A DNA stretch of 63,787 nt, the filler included, from Rhabdomonas costata (lineage: Eukaryota): the NCBI GenBank assembly GCA_019059605.1. It is 45 parts of 45 records of this genome, joined end to end, with 100 filler letters (N's around TTAATTAATTAA, not from the genome) between each part and the next. Parts side by side here need not be neighbours in the genome. Positions count along the whole stretch, not along the records: positions 51,115 to 52,431 come from JAHMHO010019543.1; positions 52,532 to 53,851 come from JAHMHO010019544.1; positions 53,952 to 55,271 come from JAHMHO010019545.1; positions 55,372 to 56,691 come from JAHMHO010019546.1; positions 56,792 to 58,110 come from JAHMHO010019547.1; positions 58,211 to 59,529 come from JAHMHO010019548.1; positions 59,630 to 60,948 come from JAHMHO010019549.1; positions 61,049 to 62,368 come from JAHMHO010019550.1; 37 more parts are not named here. One strand, written 5' to 3'. Position 1 is the stretch's first letter; every line of letters starts with the position of its first letter. This document shows, piece after piece, positions 51,258 through 62,889 of the stretch. Position numbers and translations under genes: made by a program. The notes under the pieces were generated by a model, which was not told where the DNA came from, did no database searches, and saw only the letters and a list, made by a program, of their open reading frames with translations.

Positions 51258-52393
51258 CGTTGCCGATGCCCCCTGGCAAGAAACTGGCCATTGTTACTTG
51301 CATGGATGCTCGCCTGCATCCCGAGAAGGTCTGCACAAGCATCCCTTTTCGAAGCGCGTTTTGGATGGTTCTTTCTGGAATCGTTGGCAACTCTCTGTGA
51401 GGGGTCTTGGCTGCCCCATTGACGTTGGGACGGGAGAGGGGGGAATTGTTACTGCTGTAGTTGAAAAATGACGATGTTTTCCTTGTTATTGTTAAGAGCA
51501 TCAGAGCAGCGAATTCCTCAAGCGCCTGAACGCCTTAACGTCCGTCTCTGATTTCGCACAATTGTGCTCTGGCGTGTGCTGTACACTGTCAACATATTTT
51601 CAATCGGTGTGGAACTTCTGTCCATCCATTTTTGGAGCTTTGTTCATTTCCTTTGGTGCGCAGCTCCTGGGGCTCCGGGAAGGAGATGCCCACTGCATCC
51701 GGAACGCGGGCGGCCGCTTTGCAGATGCCCTGCGCAGCTTGGTAATCTCACAGACGTTGCTGGGGACGCAGGAAGTGGTGTTCATCCACCACACTGACGT
51801 ATGTGCCGCCTGTTATTTCATTTGTTTTGTTCATTTCATTTGTTTCACTTTGGAATATTTCATTTTCTCTTTCTATGCATCTTTTACTTTCATACAGTCC
51901 TTTGTTTTATAACTGCCCCCCCCCCACAACCTTGACCTTGTTCTGGTTGTTTTTCCTTCTAACATGGTACCTTCCACCGGCATCATTCCACCACCGCCAT
52001 CACCTGCTCCAATTATTTTCTTTCTCCCTTTTCCGTGTTCTTTCATGTGTCGCGGACATACTTTTTCACTTGTTCTTTGCTTTCGCCTGCGAACACTCCG
52101 AACAACCTGACTGTGTGTCTTTTGGGCGTATTCCCCGTCGACATGGTTTTTTCTGCTCAGTTTCCATTCTCTGCTCATGCTTTCCTTCCCTCCGGGATCG
52201 TTGTGTGAACTGTCATCACTAGTTAAATCCAGCGATGAGGGCGCCCGTCCGGTCGTCTTGTCTGCAAACCTATGTGCTCCTTACACTTGTGCACAGTGTG
52301 GGATGCTGACCTTCACCGATGATAGTATCCGGACCAAGCTGTCCAAGGAGAGGGGCTTGGACGCCTCTCACATTGCTTTCCTGCATTTCTCCG
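51258..52393 (+). CDS. Beta-carbonic anhydrase, clade D type (exons 51258-51328, 51664-51798, 52297-52393)
   Basis: [76 protein letters not shown]; zinc ligands CxDxR and HxxC intact. Confidence 0.95.
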
Positions 52394-52546
52394 GTGTGGA
52401 CGTGCGATTGGAACACTGTCCCAAACCCCCCNNNNNNNNNNNNNNNNNNNNNNNNNNNNNNNNNNNNNNNNNNNNTTAATTAATTAANNNNNNNNNNNNN
52501 NNNNNNNNNNNNNNNNNNNNNNNNNNNNNNNGTTGGTGTTGCACAG

Positions 52547-53392
52547 CCGGGCTTCCGCGGTGGCTTACGAAGGTGGGCTGTACTTCTTCGGAGGCTGTGC
52601 AACTGTGAACACCTTTACGGGAAACCATCTACGCAACGACATCTTCTACTACCAGTGCGTGCGGGTGACGGTGGAAGAAGGGGCATTTATGATTGTTCAA
52701 TATCTCATGTCGCCGCACCAGGATGTGACGGGAACTCATTGGGGTCTGTCTCTATCCCTTCAATTGGGGAAAATGTATGGCGAAATTAAGAAAAAGGAGC
52801 TTCGAGTGTTGTGGTGCAAAACGAGTGAGCAAAGTTGTTGATGCAAAAACTTTCTCTGCCACTTCTCCACCTCCACCACCGCCATCCATGCCATGTGTAC
52901 AGAGCAGAGGAAAGACTAAACAGGCCTTTTGTCTGTACCCGTCCAGTCCAGACACTCTGAACTCGAGGGAACAGGTGCGGGGGCACAAGCTGTTTTGGGA
53001 CTGAGGAGAACTTGTGAGATGTTGTGTTTGGTGCCTTCAGGATTTCCTCGAGGCAGTGGTACCACTTGGAATGCATGGGGTACTTCCCCAGACCAAGGAT
53101 GCACCATTCCCTAGCCCTCAAGGTGTGCGACTTTTTTTTACATGTGTGTGTATTCGGATGTTCTTCCACCGCCGCCCTTCCTAGCTGCAGGGCAAATGGT
53201 TATGAAAGAACTCAGTTCTGTGGGTATGGTTAATGCGAGCGGTTGCGAGGGTGAAGGTGAAGACTGAGTATGAAGTGATGTGGCCCCTCGCAGGACCACA
53301 AGCTGGTAGTGTTCGGTGGCATTGGCGAGGACGGCCTGGTCCTCAACGACATGTTCGCCGTCTCCCTGCGGGAGGCCCACTTGTGGAAGAAA
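52547..53392 (+). CDS. Kelch-repeat protein, partial (exons 52547-52654, 53041-53122, 53294-53392)
   Basis: LYFFGG...NDIFYY...QWYHL...PRPRMHHS...KLVVFGG...LNDMFAV...W. Confidence 0.9.
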
Positions 53393-53951
53393 GTATTTGC
53401 GCGTGGGGGATGCTGCGGGAAGGATAGGCGTGAGAGGCGACACCGCTGCGATGAATTGCCGCTCTTTGCCTTCCGCTTTTCTGTCGAGCTTGCGCTGGTT
53501 TCTCGAGAGTTTTCACGCCTCTAATTCGCTTTGAGTTTGTGCTTGGCTCCATTTCAACTCTTTTGCATGTCCTTCTCCGCTACTCCGCTAACCTGCTTCA
53601 CTCAGCTCGCTCCCTCTCTTTGTCTTACCACTGTCCAACAGCTTGAGCTGCAGTGTCCTCTAGATGCATGACTAGGTACACCAGCAGAACGCACTTTAAA
53701 CGAGTTCACGAGTTCAGTTCACGAGTTCAGCGGGAAAGCAGCGGATGGTCGAATCTCTGCAGGTCCCCCGCCCCCGTCCCTTTTGCCAGGTCGCCATTCA
53801 AATGAAGTCCCCTACCTGCCCTGGCTCCGCCAGTGCGGACCAACCCCACAANNNNNNNNNNNNNNNNNNNNNNNNNNNNNNNNNNNNNNNNNNNNTTAAT
53901 TAATTAANNNNNNNNNNNNNNNNNNNNNNNNNNNNNNNNNNNNNNNNNNNN

Positions 53952-54753
53952 GTGGTTGTGGGACACACTGTTTGCAGAGAAGAACGGGCGCGCTGAGAAG
54001 AGGCGTGCCTCAAGTGACTCGTCAGGATCGGACCGTGCTGGACGCAGTTCTCCGCCCGTAAAAACCGCAAAACTGGGTGGCAGGCAACAGAACAGCCGAA
54101 GAAGTCATCCCGAACGGAGTCTACAGCTCCCGCGGGGGCGCTGGTGCAGCGACGGAAGGGACTCTCCTAGATCTGACCGCTCCCGCGAGTCATCTGATCA
54201 CCGCCATCAGGATGCAAGGCCCTCGAGGCAGAGCTGGCAGGGGGGTTCACGCCCGCCGCGGGCTGAAGAGCATCGCGTTAGTCACAGCGGAAAGGGTGCG
54301 GAGGGTGCCAGAGACCGCGGAAGGGCTTGCTCCCGCGGGGAAAGGGCTCCTGTTCGCTGTGCTGAAGACCTCCCAGGCTTCCATTTGATGTCTGCGGCAG
54401 AAAAGGCATGTTCCTATAGTCAGCCTTGGATTTGTAACATGAGAGACGGGTTTTCTCGGCCCAGGTCTTTACGGGTGTTTCGCCGCATTTCTCATTCCTT
54501 CGTTCCTGTTTTCCTGTTTTCATGCAATAAGTAGATTTTTGCCGCTTGTTGTATCTTTTGCGGACCGGTTTCCAGGGTCATTTTGATAAAGTGTAGTGAA
54601 TATGATACTTGACTGGCGAGGCATCTCTGAATTGCTCGTGTTTCTGGACAGACCCTGTTTTGACGTGAGCTTTTTCGGTTGTCCTGTCTGATTGTCTCAT
54701 TCCGCGCTGTTCCTTCACAGGTGCGAGCAAAGCTAAGTTTTAAGCCGAAATGA
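53952..54753 (+). CDS. Arg/Ser-rich low-complexity protein C-terminus (exons to 54405, 54721-54753)
   Basis: RS-rich ORF ending DLPGFHLMSAAEK, probable GC donor, then cag|VRAKLSFKPK*. Confidence 0.5.
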
Positions 54754-56476
54754 CCTGGAGAAGCCAGGCGCCGGTTATTGTGTGCCTGGTTCTCTCGTTT
54801 TGTACAGTTGTCTGCGTGCTCTCGATTGTACTGCTGAGCCAGGCTTATCGAGCAGCTCTTTGTGACTTAACCCATGATTCATGGTGCATATCCTGACGTT
54901 TTGTGATTTTTGTGCCGATGATGGGACAATACCTTTCGGGATATTAGTTTCACCACTTTTCTAAGACAGCGCCGGCTGATGTCTTGCGTTTCGGAGCAGC
55001 ATTCGATTCTTGTCCTGTCCTTGCCACTTTCGCGTTCCAGCTTCCAAGGCACCAAGGGTTCTGTACCCACTTTTCTTCTGGACCGCATTTCTGGCGCTGC
55101 TTCGAGCTGCCACCCTTCGCTGGCACAGCACTTTTTAGGTTTGTTTCATGACACTCCATTGTTTATCGACAGCAATGTAAGTGATAACGCAGTTCGGTGC
55201 CGGTTTCCAAGATGAGCGTTGTGCACTTCGCCGCGTCCTTTCGTACGATTTCTTTCCTTTCCCCCACAACANNNNNNNNNNNNNNNNNNNNNNNNNNNNN
55301 NNNNNNNNNNNNNNNTTAATTAATTAANNNNNNNNNNNNNNNNNNNNNNNNNNNNNNNNNNNNNNNNNNNNACGTTCCTGGGACAGCCCGTGCCGGTGGT
55401 GCAGCGCTGTGGTGGCGGACCCCTTCCAGGCAGTGGTCACAATTAACAGCATGGTTCGGGTGTACCGCGTCAACCAGAGCACTCCCGATAAGCCTCAGTA
55501 AGATCGGACTTTCCTTTTTCTTTGCTGAAAACAGTAGAACAGTGGAAGGGGTGTGGGCGTGAAAGAAATGGTGGATGAAAGGCGAGAGATTTTTTCTTCT
55601 GACATGGGTTTGTTCTGCGCAATTTTTTTCCCTGTGCCGCTGAACCGGCAACTGGTGGCAGTCGACTTCGTCTTGCGAACCCTGCGACCGATGTATTATA
55701 GGGGTTTTTCTGTGGCCGTTGAACGGTTTCCGATTGGTGAGGCTGTTACGGGTGTATAGCTAACTAGCAAAGAAGATGGAAAACCCCAATGGATCTGCTT
55801 GGCCCACTGAACGATTTGGAACCAATGAAAGCCGTCTGGCTGTAATGGCGTCTTCCCCCCACTTTTTCATTCGGTCATTAATTTGAGGAGAGTTGTATTA
55901 GATTTTGCGCGCTTTCTACCTGCGCACGAGCAGCAGCGTGTTCTTGGTCTTCTTGTACAAGTCACTTCGGAGGTAAAACCGTAAGACTTTTTGAGAGTCC
56001 CATTCCACTTTTGGATTGAGAAATAAGGTTTCCAACGCGTTACGAAATTTACCAGAACTACGCACCTCGTGAATGCGGAAAGTTTTCTCCTTGGAACTAA
56101 CTAATAAAAGGAGGGTCAGGTACCTTACTGCTGTAGCGTTCGTATTCTTCCGGGATCTCCAGGACAGGATCACGGGTGCAGCACTTAGGAGTGATGCAGC
56201 GGCGGTGCATCTCTTGCCCCATCACTGGTGGTCTGTGATTAGAGGTGCATGAGGTATGAGCCGCGTCACAATCAATATAAGGAGAGAAGAATAGACCGGC
56301 GCCAAAGAAATCAAGGAAAAAGGACTACACCCATCTACAGTGAAGTGCGTGTTCTCACAGCTCGTTTTATCCCCTTTTTTATGCTTTCCCCAGTGAATCA
56401 CGCCTACGCTTCGTTTTGTGTGTCACCTGTACTTCGGTTTTAATTATTCTGTCCTTAGCAGCCCCGACTCTTCGAA

Positions 56477-56691
56477 ATGGGGATTTCTCAGTTCTGCGCG
56501 ACCCTTCTTCTTTTGTTCTGCTCCCTGGCCGTGGCGAAGTACCGCGTCAACACCTATTTCGCGGATCCGGACTGCAACCCTGCCCGAACCATCGCTCTCA
56601 TCGCAGACATCATCGCGGACACCATCCCCTGCCCTCCCTCGCGCTGTGCCGCAATCGCCACGGGCACCCACCGGGGCTACACCCAACAACC
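56477..56691 (+). CDS. N-terminus of a signal-peptide-bearing, Cys-containing protein
   Basis: MGISQFCATLLLLFCSLAVA-KYRVNTYFADPDC...; hydrophobic core ending in AVA. Confidence 0.6.
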
Positions 56692-57906
56692 NNNNNNNNN
56701 NNNNNNNNNNNNNNNNNNNNNNNNNNNNNNNNNNNTTAATTAATTAANNNNNNNNNNNNNNNNNNNNNNNNNNNNNNNNNNNNNNNNNNNNGGTTGGGGT
56801 TAAAGGGTTTCGTGCATCAAAAGAAGTGGAACTATGGGGAGGGGGGTGCGCAACCTGCGGCCGCGCCGATTCACTTTGGTAAGAGAGTCTGAAAGGGTTA
56901 TGGAGGACGTGAAAACAGGCCAGTCGAGCCTGAAAACTCGAAGAAAAAAGTACCTAGAATCGGCACTCCAGAAACGTGAAATCGTGAGAGATAGGTCGAC
57001 CTCGGGAGGTTCGGGAGGTTTTCACCCCGCGGGCCCATTTTTCGAATTTTTGAAGCGCTTGTAGGTGCTCAAAAAGGTCTGTCACAAAGGCAAAAATTTC
57101 AATAAAAGTGAGTGAATGACACCAAAAAACAGCTCAACACGTCGTAAAACGCGTTTTTTTGCCCGACCTCAAAAGCATAAAGTTGAGTCAATGTTCGAAA
57201 CCTGGATGCTTTTTCTGGGGACCTCGTTGGAGGGCTGAAACAGCCCAAAGTTACTCCAAGTTCGGCTTTTGGTGGAATCCAAGCTCCAAAAGAGTATTTT
57301 TCGTGTTCCCCGAAAATGGGGTACAGGTCGTAGGTTTCTAGCTCGGATTTCACGTCTACTTCATTTCATACCTCCAAAACACGATTTTACGGGGGTTTGA
57401 GAAAAAATCGCCAAGTCTAGAGAAGGGACTGCCCGGGCCACCGTTTTTCGCCAGTGTTACCCACCAAGCCTTCGAGTCGGTGATCCGGATCGCCTGCGTG
57501 GGATAGCTCAACTATACTAACCTGGGAGTATGGGGTAGGTCAAACTTCAAGACTTGAAGCTTCGACAGGCAGGATAAAAGCTCGATTTTTCCACTGATGC
57601 CCGGACCCTAAACTTACTACGATCGTTCCTCACTTCGTTTGGTTTGGGGATAAGCAAGCCTTGGCTGCCATGGGGTGGAGGCAGTTTGGCGAGAACGACC
57701 ATTCCCAGGTGCAGTAAAAGGTATAAAACCAGAGGGCGTAACCAGAGCATCTTTGCTTCACCAGACAGCAAACGTCATTGCCGGAATGTGGACCGGAAAC
57801 CATCATGGTTGTCCCGACCGCCACCTTTATCTTGTCATTTCTAGCGTCCTAGAAGGACGTAAGAAAAGCTGAAGGTACGAGAGAGATGGGAGTAGCACAC
57901 GCATAC

Positions 57907-58080
57907 TGTGTCTCGCAATCAGACTCCGCACCACCGCGTTGTGCACCTCCAGCGCCTCGGCCATCTCCGCACAGGACTCCCACAGCTGAGTCGAGTTCAG
58001 AATGTCCGTGAACACGAACGCGACCTCCCCGTGGGGCACCGCAAGAAGCAGCCGCCGCCGCACCTCCCGCCGCCGTACCC
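57907..58080 (-). CDS. Class III cyclase catalytic domain start (single exon)
   Basis: VPHGEVAFVFTDILNSTQLWESCAEMAEALEVHNAVVRSLIARH, then gtatgc donor. Confidence 0.92.
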
Positions 58081-58666
58081 ACGACAGCCCATAAAACAGC
58101 CCCAACCCCCNNNNNNNNNNNNNNNNNNNNNNNNNNNNNNNNNNNNNNNNNNNNTTAATTAATTAANNNNNNNNNNNNNNNNNNNNNNNNNNNNNNNNNN
58201 NNNNNNNNNNGGGGTTTGTGCGTTGTAGGCGCGCCAGGGATGTCATAGACCCGACCCAACCTCAAGCAGAGCCACAATGTTTCCGGTCTGCTCACTTTTC
58301 CTCAGTGCAACTCATTTCCCACAAGTGCGTGGATCGAAAGCTGCACACACGCATCGTAATTTGCTTAATCGCCTTGAACGTATCACTGAAAGCGCGCGGC
58401 GAAGTACCTCACGACGACGCGATCGGCGAACGGTTCAAAGGAGGCATTATAAAACGAAGAAAGGGGGAGAAATCATTACCATCCCTGTACTACTTCTCTC
58501 CACCCACTGCAGGGAGGCACAGAGGGTCTCTCAAAAGACCCTTCCGGAATACGCTCACTACCAACTCAATTAAATACACAAAAAAACGCTCTAACGGAGA
58601 ATGCCGCTCTCAAAACACTCGCCGCAATCGCTGCAGGACTTCCTTTTTACTCACACAGAAGTGGAC

Positions 58667-58933
58667 GTGTAGGTAAGCTTCGTACTGCTTCTTCAGCGGC
58701 GTCGAACCGTTTCGCCCTTCCCTGGTGTGCTCATCCCAGCCCCACACCAGAACAATGGGGGGATAGAACGTGGTGTACAGGTTGGCGTGGGGGTGCCACA
58801 GGAAGGACAGTAGCTCACGATGCAGGCTGGGGATGATCTCCCAACTGCGCTCCGCGAAGATCACCACCCAGGACTGCAGGAAGTCGTCGCTCTTCAAGCT
58901 CGTCTCGACTTCGCCCAGGACGTTCGCTTGCGT
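58667..58933 (-). CDS. Internal exon of an unknown protein
   Basis: cag|TQANVLGEVETSLKSDDFLQSWVVIFAERSWEII...YEAYLH|gt; strong GC3 bias. Confidence 0.6.
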
Positions 58934-61605
58934 CTGCGGGTGTGGAGGGCAAGGGCAGGCAGGGCAGGGCAGGGCAGGGCAAGAAGTGGGGTGGACAAGT
59001 TGGCGGAGTGGAGGAGGGCCGGAAAATGGCACCCCCAGAGAGCGACCTGTGACCAGAAATCCCTGCCCTTCAGGTGCCTCGCAACCAAAAATCTACTAAT
59101 CTCGCACTTGTAATCGAGCATAGTCCTCAGAGGTCTGCTCCGGCCGTGCCGCGGAGCGGCTTACACAGCCCGGGTATGGATCAAGATACCCTTACTACTA
59201 GTAAAGGTTACCAGTGGTAATCGTTTCACACCACCCCAACCCACCCAGTGATAGAACAAAAAACTGTTCCTGAAGAGCAGACAACAGAAACAGGGAATAC
59301 GGGACAGCTATACTGAAGCAGCTCCGCTTCGAGACTCCCGGTAGCGCGTCCTGTGTTCCGTTTGACGACGGCGAATTTGATTTCTTCGATGGTGGGGGTG
59401 GTGCTGGGTATCCCAACCCATCTGATGTCAACACCACCGAGTGATTGCCTATTGAGCGGAGTGCACATAAGCGCCCGGACAAAACAAATGAGAAATACGG
59501 GACAGGGCGAGTACCAGCTTAAAGGGCGTNNNNNNNNNNNNNNNNNNNNNNNNNNNNNNNNNNNNNNNNNNNNTTAATTAATTAANNNNNNNNNNNNNNN
59601 NNNNNNNNNNNNNNNNNNNNNNNNNNNNNTGTGGGGTGGAAGATCTGTTAAGACTTTTCGAAAGCGGTGGTACTCCGTGCGTAAAGGATGAACTAATCAA
59701 TGAGTTACTTTAACCCAACAAAGAGTTCGTGCATCTATTCCCAGAAAAGCTACAGAAGCTCCTCTTATCCTCTCATGCTTTCGAAAAGTCTTAACAGATC
59801 TTCCACTCCATGCCTACCGATCACAAAAAGTAGACCAGGTAAAAGGATTCAAAGTTACAGCTCAAACACTGTAAGATGACCCGCAGGGCTGCCTTAGACC
59901 ACCACCACTTTGGAGCTAGATAAACAAGAATATTGTTGGCTCCACATTTACATCGTCTTCTGGCCCAAATATATGTATTGATATTATACCCTTAACATTG
60001 CTTAACATCACTTCGCCATTTGTGTTTTTGCTCCTCACTTCTTTTGAATCCGCTAACTGCTCTTTCTCTTCAGCTTCCATTGCCTCAAGCGATCAATGTT
60101 CTGGGTCTTTGGCTTTGGGTCTACTTGACCTTTTATCCATCTGCTCTTGCAATTCTCTCCAACGCGCTGTCATGCGCTCTACCCAATATTTTGCTTTGTT
60201 GGGGACCTCATCTGATGTTTCCTGCTCCAGTTGAGCTCCTGATGACACGTCATCCGCCTCTTCTTCAACCTTGTGGGCCGCATCTTCATCTTACGACGAC
60301 TCCACTACTTGTTTACTTCCTCTGACTTCTTACAGTCCAGGCTCTTGGCGCATGTGATGCTGACATGACTCATACGCTTCTACGCTATCTCCGCCTGGCA
60401 GCTCATTATCTGCGAAGTCTACGATTTAAGGTTCAATGTCGAACTCCACTGGTCTATCTTATACTTGGAGCTCCGACAACTTCCCGTCTTCAGAGTATGG
60501 ACTTCACAGAGGTTCATTCATCGCCATATTTGTGTGGTATTCTCAAGGGCGTTCTACTTCCGCTTGACTCGTACTCCTCTTCTTATTTGACGGGACTCTC
60601 CGTCCAATCTTCTTGAACTCTCTTTCGAGTCGTTCCTCTTAATTTATCTTGCAACTACGATTGATCCATACTTTTATCTTCCTCTGATCCTTGAACTGCA
60701 GTTCTCGACATCGATTGTGGAGATACACCTCCTTCCACTCCACCACTTTCCAATTCTCCTTCTGAATACAAAACTGAACTCTCTGATCTCTATCCCTCGA
60801 CAGATACAGATTCCCTCATTACCTTGATCTGGCGCATCTTATGGCACGTCGTGTCCCTTAATACCACTTCCATCTTCACTCCTCCGGCAACATCTCCATT
60901 TGATCTAAAACCCCCTTTGGATCAGATCGTGCCTTCCACCAACCACCCNNNNNNNNNNNNNNNNNNNNNNNNNNNNNNNNNNNNNNNNNNNNTTAATTAA
61001 TTAANNNNNNNNNNNNNNNNNNNNNNNNNNNNNNNNNNNNNNNNNNNNCTTTGCGCTTGCATGTGGGGTGAGATGCTTTGTCGCTGATTGTGCGAAGGGT
61101 CTGAAAGCGAGCATAAGACGATTGGCCTTTTTTATTTGCACTGCCAGGTGTTGACAATGTTTTGCTTTTTCACCACGGCGAGCACTGGCATGAAGTGTGG
61201 TGAAAAGTGCTTCGGGCGAGCTAGTGATCACTGGCCATCAACCCCAGGCACCTCCCATAACTCTTGCAGGACCAGTGGTAGCTGTATTAATGTGGAGCAC
61301 ACAGGGAGGTATGCCGGGAGGTTGCAAGATGTCTGGAATGGGGGCTTTAGACGACTGTCTTCTGTGCGCTACCAGCGGGTATCCCGCTGTTGTTGGTCCA
61401 CTGCGTCAGCGAAGTTCCTGAAAACATCCCTAATACCAAACCACCGTCCTCACCCTTTACCAGCCAGTTGAGCCTCGAGCGTAGCGGCGCCCGAATACTC
61501 CTGCCATACCGCTTTTCCACCGCCTCGGTGACGAAGCTCCAAAGTGCACTTAACCAAAGGTGTCTTTTTGTCAACTCTGTGTGAAAAAGCGGACTGTGTG
61601 TTCAG

Positions 61606-61787
61606 GCGGCGGATCATCGCGGCCGCCCCCCAAGGGAAGGTCACGTTGATGTTCACCGACGTCCAGGACAGCACCGCGCTGTGGGACACGCTGCCCGCAG
61701 GGGTGATGAAGTCCGCGCTGGAACTGCACAACGATATTTTCCGGCAGCTACTGGTGAAGCACCGTGGCTACGAAGTGAAGACAGAAG
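61606..61787 (+). CDS. Class III cyclase catalytic domain start (single exon)
   Basis: APQGKVTLMFTDVQDSTALWDTLPAGVMKSALELHNDIFRQLLVKHRGYEVKTEG. Confidence 0.93.
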
Positions 61788-62468
61788 GTCCATTGTGTGC
61801 ACAAATGTGTCTGTGCGTTACTGCTGTGAGATTTTTGGGCCCCTTCTGGCATAGCTGTGCTGTGCTGTTGTAGGTGTGTTGGTGGGTTACAGGACATTGC
61901 CCTGTGCTGCCTTTTTGCTATCCTTTCCGATCAGCAACACCAAACAGAGAGAAAATAAAAAAACAAAAGTAAAACTCTTCGAAGGCCTTATATGCGCAAC
62001 AAAGCATGCGCAGACTTGATACATGTTTGGTCGGTTGGCACCTCCGCGGCTGTGTGTGCTCCACATTAATACAGCCTTCCCTGATGCGTCCCGGGCCACT
62101 TTCTGACGGTTAACGCGCTGGACCAAAACCGTGATGTTGATCGTTACTTTGCTTTGACGTATGGCCTGAGAGGATGCCTTTATGGCACCTGCTGGCCCCC
62201 AAGGCGGGACCACGGTCGCCTTCCCCCGATCAGCATACAGACTATGAACATGAACGACTGACTTAGACCATGAATATGGATCCGAGCCGCTTTCGGTGCC
62301 CGTCCGTATCCGGACCGGTGTTTTCTTTATACACCCATGTCAATGTGTGTGCGTGTGTAAGTATGTTTNNNNNNNNNNNNNNNNNNNNNNNNNNNNNNNN
62401 NNNNNNNNNNNNTTAATTAATTAANNNNNNNNNNNNNNNNNNNNNNNNNNNNNNNNNNNNNNNNNNNN

Positions 62469-62889
62469 GGGGGTGTTTGCAAAAGAGCTTGAGCTGTTAA
62501 AGAAAGAAGAAGAGCAGGACGAGGCCATCGTCACAACTGTGATGGCAGAAAAGAACACTCTTGAAATCCGCTGTGCTTGCCTTGAGGCCGAGATGAAAAC
62601 CTTGCAAGGATCGCAGCTAGCACAAAACAGTGCAATACCATCGGCTTTTAAGGAGTTGACTGTTACTCAGGCCCGTGTTCAGCAGCTTCGCGCGGAATGC
62701 AACGAGAAGGGGCGCAAGCTGGACTGTGTGCTGCTACAGAACGGCTTGCTGCGAGAAGAAGTGAATGAGCTTAAGACGATGATCGCCAGCCTTCAGCGCT
62801 GCAATGCAGCGACAGGGCATTCGGCCGAAAGGACACACCTGCGGTTGGAGCCTGAACCTCAACCCTGCGAAGGATTGCAGCCGCAATGA
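62469..62889 (+). CDS. Coiled-coil protein C-terminal fragment
   Basis: Open ~138-aa frame with heptad-like E/K/L/Q composition, ending TGA. Confidence 0.55.

Noticed and set aside
44015-52393. Sulfur-assimilation cluster (MetY, methyltransferase, beta-CA)
   Set aside because: Different contigs; no physical linkage can be inferred.
59810-60948. Purine-rich decayed ORF on the minus strand, possibly a retroelement
   Set aside because: Many stops and no diagnostic motif that I can support.
1321-62468. Regularly spaced identical TTAATTAATTAA palindrome separating unique ~1.3-kb segments (array-, cassette- or nanochromosome-like)
   Set aside because: Always embedded in 44+44 N; it is a synthetic all-frame-stop linker, and genes are truncated at the boundaries.
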